The position numbers and the translations under genes were made by a program. This document shows, piece by piece, positions 25,348 to 36,150 of a stretch of 64,000 nt of DNA; position 1 is the stretch's first letter; every line of letters starts with the position of its first letter. This DNA comes from Callorhinchus milii (Eukaryota), in contig NW_024704743.1 of assembly GCF_018977255.1 (NCBI RefSeq), forward strand, positions 99,574,001-99,638,000, given 5' to 3'. The notes under the pieces are model-generated. The model did not search any database, had not been told where the DNA came from, and was given only the letters and a program-made list of their open reading frames with translations.

Positions 25348-26054
25348 TGAAGGACAGCACCTCTGACAATGCAGCAATTCTCCCAGCATTGCTTTGGAAT
25401 GCTAGTCTGGACTGTAAGCTAAAAGTGCGGTTTGAACCCCCAATCTTCTGACTTAGAAGCAAGAATGCTACCAACTGAGCCAGGCTGCCACCCTATTGAT
25501 AGTAAAGCATCATATGCAATGTACAATAAAAGTGAAATATCTACTCAGACATGTGCTTCTGCTTCAATAGAAACTTTCAACAAGAATAACAAAATACAAA
25601 AAACAAAGAACAACTAAGATATTATCTGACTGCTGTGTGCTGCTCAGAGTTAAGGAAAATTATTCAATTGATTTACAATTTATTTACCTGCCCTGAAATT
25701 GACAACAGATGGGATTGTACAACTTTAATGAGAATTGACTTAGGCTTTTAATCTATTTATCTGTCTTTCATCCTTTATATTTTGTTATTGTTCATCAATG
25801 AGACTCCAAAACTAACACTTTTACCAACAATTTAGACGAGAAATATAATTTAAGGTAAATCAATATCAAACAAAATCAAACAGCGCTGGAGTTTCATGTT
25901 AAAAGAAGGAGGAATAAATGTACATGTATTTATTGCCAGCAAAAGAATCTTAATAATAATTCTTGAATCTGATACAGCGCCGTTCACATCTAGAAGATAC
26001 CAAAGTGCTTCATATGATTTATCGTAAATTTTAATGACTGTGGGTTTATTTTCT

Positions 26055-26440
26055 CAGCCCATTTCAAATCTTATATACCTCTATAAAGTTCCTTCTGAGA
26101 TATCTCTTTTCAAAACTGAAAAGGCCGAGTTTGTCGAATTGTTGCTCATAGTTCATTCTTCTAACACTGGGACCATCCTCACTGTTCTCCTGTGCCCTGC
26201 CTTAAAGGCTGTCAAGAACTTGGCTGCCTCCTCTGATTTCACAATTGCCCTCAAATTGGTGTCTTCTGCAAATTTAAACACCTTGTACTGAATCTGTGAA
26301 TCCAGATCATTAATGTATATAAGGAATAGGAAGGGTCCCAGTACGGATTCCTGAAATACCCCATTTAATATCTACCCCCACCTTGTTTTGACCTAGCTCC
26401 CCAACATCTATTCCCTACAAGCTACCTTTCAACCATGTCC
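26055..26440 (-). mobile_element. CR1 LINE RT fragment
   Basis: reverse complement encodes degenerate SVLGPFLFLIYINDLD and KFAEDT. Confidence 0.7.
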
Positions 26441-26921
26441 AAGGAAAACTGTGAGGTGAATTTAAAAGACTCTATAAGTACAGCTTGTGTAGTCCTGGTT
26501 AGAAGGTTAGAGCACCTAGTGACAAGCTAATACTGGAGTGGCTGCTGATCAGTCTCTAGCAAATATGGTGCTGGTGATCCTTTGGGGCTCCAAGTGTTTT
26601 GATGGACAGTTTGTCCGTCCGATTTGTTTACTTTTATTTACACTGAATTTTACTCACTGAAATTGGGTCGCATTGCGTGTGCATCTCTCAGTGCAAAATG
26701 ATTGACTGGAAACTAGTTCTGTTTTACACTCTGACTGGACAAATGTCACAGAGAGCACTGTAAATTAATCCATCCACACTGAGCCAAACTGGACAACACC
26801 ATTTACTAATCCCAAACTGATTTAATTTGAAAAAATGAGATCTTCCAACTTGAGGGAATTTTGTGAACTGCATGTTTTAACCAAATATATCATAATGAAT
26901 TTATTGATATCAATATTAAAA

Positions 26922-27258
26922 TTATAATAATCCTTGCATTTGATATTAGGGCCTTATCATTCCATTGAGATATCCTAAAAAGTTCACAGGATTCATTGTA
27001 AAGTCTAGTGACAGTGTAATTTGTAGGTGAACACAGCAGCTGATTTGTGCACAGCATTGCTCCGCAAACAACCACAAATGAAATGCCCAATTTTATTCAG
27101 GGCTTGTTGACCAGGACCCTGGGAGAAACCCTCTTTTCTTTTGAATAGTGCCAGGGGACCTTTAACGTACACCTGAATAGGCCATTGGGGCCTCAGTTTA
27201 ATGTCTCATCTGAAGGATGGCATCGCTGAAAGTGCAACTATTCCCATCACTGTATTAG
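26922..27258 (-). mobile_element. Deu-domain SINE
   Basis: tail plus tttaatgtctcatctgaaggatggca core. Confidence 0.8.
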
Positions 27259-27329
27259 AACAGCGGGCCTTTAATACGCCTCAAAATTCACTTTATTGTT
27301 TCATGGCTATGGTTACTATCTTTGTGGAG

Positions 27330-27963
27330 GCTGGAAATACGTGGGCCAGATTGAAGGCCTTAATAATCCAATCTGCTGGGAGGAGGTGAATTCCGCACTG
27401 CGGTGTCTTGCCAATGGCAAGACAGCCGGTGCAGACTGCATTAATGCTGAATTCCTAAAAGCTGCTCTGAGGAAGAAGATGAAGAATGGCAAGGATCTTA
27501 CAGGTCCAAGCCAAGATCCCCCAACTTGCATTGGGGCTGCCCTCCTACCGCTGGTCAACAGGATTCTCTCTGAGGCACACACCCTGTCAGTGTTCCAAGG
27601 TAAAATTGTGGTTTCCATCCACAAGAAGGGTGACCTGAGTGAAACCGATAACTACAGAGGGATCTCACTGATTTCAGTGGTTCTTAAAGTGGTACTTCGG
27701 GTAGTCACTGCACGTGTATCACACACATTGGAGGCTCGTGGTTCGATTAGAAAGGAGCAGGCTGGCTTCTGTTCTCATGAGGAATGTGTGGGACAGGTTG
27801 TGGCTCTGAATGAGGTCGCAGAACGTTGCAAGGCTGCGACCTACGTTGCATTCATTGACTTTCAGAAGGCTTTTGATCTTGTGTTCCGGTGGGGACCTTC
27901 TCCGTTGTACCTGCAATCTTGAATACTGGGCCAACCAGTGGGACATGATGGTGGGTATAGGCG
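27330..27963 (+). mobile_element. non-LTR retrotransposon RT fragment, neither L2 nor CR1, internally deleted
   Basis: ORF 27296-27922: GKTAGADCINAEFLK, IHKKGD, NYRGISL, EQAGF, YVAFIDFQKAFD; next frame DL...WANQWDMMVG resembles the post-YADD region. Confidence 0.85.
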
Positions 27964-28056
27964 GTAGGCGCCTCCAAGTGCAGAATCATGGTTCGCCACT
28001 GTCAAGCGCTCCGGGACGCGACCCCATGTGAAGGGCACTATATAAATGCAAATTAG

Positions 28057-28310
28057 ACTCCAGTAGTACTCCTACACACATTCTGGGGTGCCCAAGTCTT
28101 GACTCTTGCCAACCTGTGCCTAATACTTTCTGGAATTAGGTAATCAGGATGTGTCCCTTCAGGGAGAGAGTATGCATTCCATTCCAACAATCTATCTCTG
28201 GGACTTCCATGTGCAGATGGGATGCATGGAACTCTCAGTTTGGTTTGGATACCCTTAAGCTTGGTGGTGGATTTCCACATGTGTCAGACAATCGGCTGAC
28301 CATAAAAAAT
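28057..28310 (+). repeat. unclassified ~250-bp interspersed repeat
   Basis: best preserved copy; ends gaccataaaaaa. Confidence 0.8.
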
Positions 28311-28708
28311 ACTGGGAACTAAAGCAATTTTGGTGTTCTGTGTGCAAACGTCCTGACTTGACTGACTTACATCACCCAGGACATAATGTTAGTGGTACTC
28401 CCTGTGCATAGCATTCTTGAGCAGTTGCAAGAAATTACATATGTGGTGACCTTATGGAAGGCAGCCATTTTTGCAGTCCGAAAGATTGATAAAAATTAAA
28501 TATCCCCAATAAAGTAAATTAAACGTTGATTTTATCTATCAAAAATAAAAATAAATAAAACCAAAAACTGTCAACCCCAATTACATTATTCTAATTATTT
28601 GAGTTGGTTTGATCTGCAGATGGAGATATCTGTGGAAAGAATATTTGATTAATTTCATTGTAACATTTCAGTGGTTGTTTTCATGCTAAATATGTTAAAT
28701 ATGTCAAA

Positions 28709-28818
28709 CAAATATACAGTCAATTCACTTTACAGTATATTCTGTGAAGCGCTTTGAGACATCTAGAAGATGTGAAAAGTGCTATATCAAATGCAAGGAT
28801 TATTATTATTATTATTAT
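28709..28818 (+). mobile_element. tRNA-Ala-like SINE tail
   Basis: cagtcaattcactttacag...(ATT)n. Confidence 0.85.
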
Positions 28819-29568
28819 GTATCTCAGCAGAGGAAGTAGATTGATTCAATGCCCATCTTTTATCACTCTCCATACAAAGTCTTATACAAGTATGAAATAT
28901 TCACTGCTTATACATAAACCTAGTATTGAATCAGAAGGAGTAGCTCCAAATTGCTTTCAGCACACACTCTGCCAAATCTACAGCACTCTGCAAACAGATT
29001 TAGGATTTAATGGCTTCTCAGACCATAATTAAATGCTCACTAACCCACAGAGGAATCTTGTAGATTTCCAATCTCCATTGGTTTCCAGGATCAGCTAAGT
29101 GCCTTAATTGCTGCTTACAAGAATGCTTTTGCCAATTCAGTGGGAGGAAGGAACTTACAATTTCTACTTTGAATTGGCAAAATCTCCAATAAAGCTCTGT
29201 ATTTCCATTTGCCACTGTTCATGAATGATTAAAATAATAAGAACATAAAAAATTATTATTCTTACTGCTGATATAATGCTTTTCACGTCGGGAGAACGTC
29301 TCAAAGCCATTCACAGGATTCACTGTGAAGTGTAGTGACTGCATCAGCACCTTGGGATGTCCTCTCAATGTGAAAGGCATTATACAAATGTAATTTTGGA
29401 AATAATGTAATACAAATGCATTTTGGAGGCAAAGTTGGCAGCCAATTTGTACGCATCAATATTTGTGCACATCAATGAAGTGAATTACCAATTTTATTTG
29501 GATATGTCAAAGTCCATATTGATTATTGGTGGCAAGAAGAAAACTTCCCCTCATTGTACCTTTTGTTC

Positions 29569-29650
29569 AAATTGAGTTGAGGCAAAATTTTGTTGCAAAC
29601 ACAAGCCGCGTGACTTGTAGTTACAACAACATTTCGCCTCAACTCAATTT
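29569..29650. repeat. 82-bp near-perfect palindrome
   Basis: 34 of 41 positions are Watson-Crick complementary, with no spacer. Confidence 0.9.
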
Positions 29651-29984
29651 CAAAAGATTCTTGAAAAATAATTGGAGCAAGATGTGGCAGTTAGACAAAA
29701 AGTATGAGTATCAATTGAATATGAAAGTAAATTGGGTTTATGTGAACCAGTAATCAATGCCCAAAGACTGATTGGTTTCAGCCTCAGTTTCTAGATATCA
29801 TTTCGGTAGAGACCAGATCCCCATTTTGTATTTTTGCCCTTTGCACTCAGCTGCTCCACTGAAGTAATGTCAAACCTTATAATTGATTGGAACATTGGAA
29901 CACACCACATCACTCGATTGTCCTAAAGTTAGTGGTAGTGTTAATGGGAGGCTGCTCAAGAAGCCCGTGAGAGGAAATCCAGAG

Positions 29985-30350
29985 AGGGGAAAGAGTATGA
30001 GAGGTGTGATAAAGTGAATGTATGTGAGAGAGAATAGTGAGTGTGCGTAAGAGAAAGGGGAGAGTGAATGTGAACAGGGAGTGAGAGTGCCAATGAGAAA
30101 GTGAGTGTGAGATCGAGGGGAGAGTGAATGTGTGTGAAAGAGAGGGATGAGTGGGTGTGTGTAAGACAGGGAGATTGAGATAGAAGAAAAGTGAATGAGA
30201 GAGGGCAGAGTGAGAGGAGAGTGTCTAAGGAGTGTAAGAAAGTAAGTGTGGGTCAGGGAGAGTGATTGTGTGTGAGAGAATGGGGAGTGACTATGAAAGG
30301 TGTGAGAAAGTGAGTGTGAAAGAGAGGGTAGAGTTAGTATGAGTGGGATG
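29985..30350. repeat. GA/GT-rich low-complexity tract
   Basis: degenerate (GA)n/(GT)n with strong strand bias. Confidence 0.85.
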
Positions 30351-30772
30351 GAATGCTCCTTTTTGTCACTTCCCAATACTTTATAATAATTCCTGAATTC
30401 GGTACAGTGCCTGTAATTGCTGTAAAGTGTAGCGAACTTGTTTTTTTATCTGGTTTGTTAATATTGAATCGTCTTATTATTGGCAATTGAACATTTTAAG
30501 TAAATCTCTTTAATAGAAGGTCTGTAGCAAAACCTCTTCATTTGAGAATATGTTAGATCTGGCTTTGTGTTTGAGTTCAATTGACTTGTTAGTTGATTTC
30601 AAACTGGATATTGACACGTGTAAAGGATTGATACCCAGCGAAGCTTGGTTTAAATGTTTGTCCTTTATATTCCTAGGCTAGTTATTCTCAGGAGATACAT
30701 TTCTGAAATATCTTCCTCTCATCAAGCTAGTGGTTCCTGATTGCTTATTTTTCTTTGGAATAAAGCCTTTAT

Positions 30773-31100
30773 GACCTTAGGCAAGTTTCCTTACTCCACA
30801 CGCCAAATAAAAATCCCTCCAAAACAAAAAACAATAATAAATTGGTCATTTTCAATCCACGGCTGTTTGTGGAACATTGCTGTGCGCAATTGGCTCCCGC
30901 GTTTCGTCCACAAATATACGGTCAATTCACTTTACAGCATATTTCTGTGAAGCGCTTTGAGAGTGAGGAGTGACTATGAAAGGTGTGAGAAAGTGAGTGT
31001 GAAAGAGAGTGAGTGAAAGAGAGAGTGGAAGTGGTCTAGAAGGCGTGAAAAGCGCTATATCAAATGCAAGGATTATTATTATTATTTATTTATTATTTAT
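30773..31100 (+). mobile_element. tRNA-Ala-like SINE (short form, headless) with an insertion in its 3' stem-loop
   Basis: SINE body and tail interrupted at about 30963-31034. Confidence 0.9.
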
Positions 31101-32167
31101 ATAACATTCTTGTGTTGCTGATGATTTCTTCAAGCATCACTCTATGAAGTCTGGAAGCAAGATACTATCATCAGAGAAGCCTGCAGAAGTAAGGAAAGCC
31201 CTAAAGCAGGAGAACCAGTAACGCAGTACAGAATCCACAGAATTACTTCAGACCCGAATGGTATAGGGCGGAGGGCAGAGGAGAGTGTCTAAGGAGTGCA
31301 AGAAAGTAAGTGTGAGTAGGGGAGAGTGATTGTGTGTAAGAGAGTGAGGAGTGACTATGAAAGGTGTGAGAAAGTGAGTGTGAAAGAGAGTGAGTGAAAG
31401 AGAGAGTGGAAGTGGAATTTTATGGTACTATCTTTACTCATTTATGTGATTGCTACTTTACAGTAAACCAATGCATTCCAGCCAGCTATATTACTTACAG
31501 TATAAGCCTCGTCATACGCTTTAACTCTGAGGTGCCCTTTGAGCCACCAATCCCCCATAAAAAAAATTGATCACTCGCTTGTTGGATAATTGCTGTACAC
31601 AAATTGGCTAATGATTTTGCTAACAAATACACAGTCATTACACTTCATGGAGAAATCATGTGAAACACTTTGAGATATCTCAGTGATGTGGTAAAATGCT
31701 ATATAAAATGCAGGTATTATTATTGTAATATCACATCTAGTGGCCTATGTTGATTGATTTTGTTTGAATGGGTCAAAGCCAGCTCTCTTCTCTATAATTA
31801 ATTATAAGCTTTCATCTGTCCTTGAGATCACAGAATCTGTAGTGGATGAGTCAAACTGATGCACTGATGTTGCATCCACTTAAAATGTTACAACACTCGA
31901 TTTTATAGTACTCTCTTTACTCATTTATGTGATTGCTATTTTACCGTAAACCAATGCATTCCAGCTACTATATTACTTACAGTATAAGCTTCGTCATACA
32001 CTTTAACTCTGAGGTGCTCTGAAATGACTGACTCACCACAAAATTGGATGAAGAAGGCACTTCAGTCCATTTGATTTCATTCTTCCACAATACCCACCAC
32101 ATTTAGACCACATGATAAAGTTCTATAACAAAGACAAGGATCATTTATAGTTTGTCCCCATATGGGG

Positions 32168-32537
32168 TAGAAACATAGAAATAGGAGTAACCCATTCAGC
32201 CCCTCGAGCAGGTTCTGTCATTCTGTAAGATCATGTCTGATCCATACCTCAACTCCGCCCTTGCCCCATATCCCTTGATATCCTAACCTAATGAATATCT
32301 ATCCACCTCAGTCTTGAAAATGTGAATAGATCCAGCATCCACAGCTTTCTGGGAAGAGCTTTCCAGATTTCGACTATGCTTTGGGTGGAAAAACTGCCTC
32401 CTAATTTCAATCCTAAATGGCCTAGCTCTAATTTTAGGATTATGCCCCTTGTTCTGGATTTCCCCCACCAGAGGAAATAGTTTCTCTGTAACTATCCTAT
32501 CAAATCCCTTTATTATTTTGAAAACCTCAATCAGATT
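32168..32537 (-). mobile_element. CR1 LINE 3' end
   Basis: ORF 32283-32468 KGHNPKIRARPFRIEIRRQFF...FKTEVDRY; tail ttctatgtttcta on minus strand. Confidence 0.85.
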
Positions 32538-33539
32538 TATTGAGGTAAAGCTTGTGGTATTTCAAAACTCATTCATAATGTTCTTTCATTAGTTCTTCAT
32601 CAGAAGCATTAAGTGTAATAAATATTTAACTATTATGCACTATGTTCAAATCATGTGTAAGCTAGACTTCATAAATAAAGATTTTGCTGCTAATTTCTAT
32701 TTACAACCTAAACAAAATGTGTGACTTAATTCTGGATTTTACTAACAAAGATTGCTGGTACAAATATTTTTTCCTAGGTCTGGAAACATTCAAATGTAGT
32801 TTGGAGATGCAGAAAATATTTCCTCTTTGTGAACATCTCTGTTGATTTGCATTTGAACATACAATTATTTTGTAGACTGGTCTTCTGAATAAATATTCAA
32901 CGAACAGTTTCTATACAACAAAAAGACACCCACACCCAAATGCACTACAATGTGTTCTGTTTTCTCCTAGCTTCATTAGTTTTGCTGACAGCTCCAGTAA
33001 CTATTCTTTGCTAATTGTACCTCAGAGGGTCAATCAGTGGTGAGGTTTGAACAATGAAATAGATTCTGTGGAAAACAGCCCTCCATCAGCTCTAAATTTA
33101 TGGAATTCAGCTCAACAGAAAGGAGACTTCCCGGACTTCTGGCCATCAGTCCCCCATTATTCACTCCATGCTGCAACGTTGCTGTGCGCAAATTAGCTAC
33201 CGTGTTCACCCACAAATTCACTGTCATTACACTTCACAGTAGATATTGTAAAGCGCTGAGATGTTTCAACAATGTGAAAAGACATTATATCAAATGCAAA
33301 GATTATTAAGATGATATTCAGATTTATCAAGGAAAAGAACCAGCCAAAATGGTAGTGACAATTAGTCTACACGACACTTGAAGAATTCAGTATCCATGCG
33401 AAGAAATCTCATTTAAAATATTTGCAACAAGCTATCCTAAGCTTCCATCTTTTACTAGAATTTAAAGTTATACCTTGGATACCTTTGCACTTTTTGTTCT
33501 TAAGACAGTTTGCCTGAGGCAATGCATTATAAATAAATA

Positions 33540-33896
33540 TAATAATAATCCTTGCATTTGATAAAGCATCTTATCACGTCTTCGAGACGTCTCAAAGCAC
33601 TTCACAGATATACTATAAAGTGAATTCACTGTATATTTTATGGGCGAAACATGGCAGCCAATTGCGCACAGCAGTGTTGCACAAACAGTTGTGGAATGTG
33701 TGACCAATTTTTTTATTGAAGGAATTATTACCCTCGGAAAAGCGATCCGCCAATCAACTGGGTCCCTACTTACTACTGGATAAACAAAAGCATGTGGAGT
33801 AAGAAAACTTGGCTAACATTTTGCCCTGTCAGGAATCAAACCCAGGTCTCTCACTTGCAAGGCGAGTGCTCTAACCACTGAGCTTCAGGAGTCCAC
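33540..33896 (-). mobile_element. tRNA-Ala-like SINE, long form
   Basis: head, long-form block and tail. Confidence 0.9.
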
Positions 33897-34309
33897 ATTT
33901 CTTTGCTCTCCATCCTCCTCAGGGGCAATGCTAAGAATGAATTGCTCTGATTCTTCTATCTTGTTTCCTGTAGGTTCTCACGTCATATTGAAAGCTATCT
34001 GAAGTTTTTTGCAGGTCATGTGACAATCATGTTACTCCAGCCTTTTGAAGACAAACCTACTTAGCTCAACTGCTTTGACACCCCTGCTCTCTGCTCGCCG
34101 TAACCAAAAACTGCACTGAAGACTTCGGTGAACTTCAAGGACAATCAATAAAATAACCAATGGGAAAATGATTATCTATGTATCGTAATTTCTATTCCGT
34201 CTCCTTCGCAAAATAGGTTCAATGAACTACAGCATCACAGTAAACACTGGTCGCATGCAATTTGCTCTTTTCATATTTTTCTGAGGTGAGAATATATAGA
34301 ATTATATAG

Positions 34310-34690
34310 ACTGTAGAACAACAAAATAGGCCATTCGGCCCAACTAGTGTGTGCCAGTGTTGCTTCATGTGAGGCTTCACTTCTCCTAATTCTCCTTCCA
34401 TAGCCCTCCATGCCATCTCTCTCTCTTTCCCTCTCTCATGCATGTGTTGAGTTTCTCTTAAATGCATTTATACATTCTCCTTATCCACAGCTTTTGGCGG
34501 TGAGTTCCACATTCTCACCTGTGTAATCCCTTGTATAAACTCTCTTTTAGATGTACCAGTGGTCATCTTACATTTATATCCCTTTGATTTGGACTCACCA
34601 ACAAGTGAAAGCAGCTGATTAATGTCCACCTTATGAATCATTTCATAAATTAAGCACCTCTATCAAAATAGGTGGTTCTCTGATGAAATC
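34310..34690 (-). mobile_element. CR1 LINE 3' end, old
   Basis: aggccattcggccca 3' UTR motif and gagttccacattctcacc, as in 6040-6680. Confidence 0.65.
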
Positions 34691-35374
34691 TTCTTTGAGC
34701 AAAAGGAATTAATATACTCTCTCAGTAATGAAATAGCTTGCAGATGAATTATTAAAGTAACTTGAAATGCTTTAGTCTTCATTGTATCGTTCAGTACAAA
34801 AACAGATGGAAAATGCTTGTAGTCTGCTAGATTGCAGGACAGAAAAGTAAACTCTACATCTAAGACATGAAAATCCATCTAAACTTGTCCTGTAAGATCA
34901 TTCTGTCCTAAAACTTCCAAATTAAGTCGGAATTTAAGAATTTTCCACATTTCTGTGTGACAAAATGGGTTAAGACTAGGTGGAATTTCAGGCCACTGGT
35001 TTATTAGGAAATAACTTACACTGATAGGGTTTAAGTGCAGATCCTCTAAGAGCTGCAATGTATTTCACTAACAGGCATGCAGTGAAGCAGTCATAATAGG
35101 ATTGATCTTTCCTCTGTGTTTTCTTTCCCCTGAGATGGAACCTATTCTGCTACATAGATGTGCTTCAGCTCCTTCATGCAGAAACCAGAAAAATGTACCG
35201 AAGAGAAGCAATGCTGGGATCTCTCGTCTCAAACACTGTCACCCTTTATATTTTCTGGTCTATGTGCATTGCAATAATAAATATATTTGCATTTAACATA
35301 GCGCCTTTCATGTCAGGAGGACATCGCAATTGCTTCACAGGATTTCGCTACCAAGTGTAGTGAATGTGAATGTG

Positions 35375-35823
35375 TTCGAATTCAAGATCCTCATCCTCCC
35401 CTACAAGGCCATTCACGGCCTTGCTCCCTCCTACCTCTCTGACCTACTATCCCCCTACCTACCTGCCCGTACCCTCCGTTCCTCTGGCTCCGATCTGCTC
35501 CACATCCCCCGCCCCAACCGCCCTACCATCGGTAGCTGGGCCTTCAGCCTCTCAGCCCCTAGGCTCTGGAACTCTTTCCCCCAGTGCCTTCGCCGCCTCC
35601 TCCCTTTCCTCCTTCAAGGCCGGTCTCACTCAAGACCTTTCTCTTTGACCGTGCCTTCAGCTCCCCTCTCGACTCTCTACCCCTCCTCACTCCCTCCCTC
35701 CCTTCACTCCCCTCACCCTGACCATTTCCCCCCTGCTCGGGTCCTGACCCAACTGTCCAGCGCCTTGGGACGTCCTCCCGACGTGAAAGGCACTCTATAA
35801 ATGGAATCTTGTTGTTGTTGTTT
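35375..35823 (+). mobile_element. young L2 3' fragment inserted in a Deu-SINE
   Basis: FKILILPYKAIHGLAPSYL...PRLWNS, stem-loop and (TTG)n. Confidence 0.95.
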
Positions 35824-36150
35824 GTAGGTAAACATGACAACCAAATTCACACAGCAATGTCCCACAAACAACCATGAAATGAATGATCAATTTTATTTTG
35901 GAGAATGTTGGGCAGGACACTGGGAGATTTCTCTTTTTAAGTAGTACCATGGGATCTTTAATGTCCACCCGAACAAGCAAATAGGACTTTGATTTAATGT
36001 CTCGTCTGAAGGATGGTATCTCTGACAATGCAGCACACTGCCAGCACTGCATTTCAGTGTCAGCCTAGACTGTGAGTTCAAAGTGCCAATGCGGAGCTTG
36101 AACCCACCACCTTCTGACACAGAAGCAAGAGTGCTACCAACTGAGCCAGG
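35821..36150 (-). mobile_element. Deu-domain SINE (its tail lies at 35275-35370)
   Basis: well preserved core ccatgggatctttaatgtccacc and tRNA-like head gagtgctaccaactgagccaggc. Confidence 0.9.

Noticed and set aside
29870..30376. 168-aa S/H/L/T-rich ORF
   Set aside because: Artefact of GA/GT low-complexity sequence
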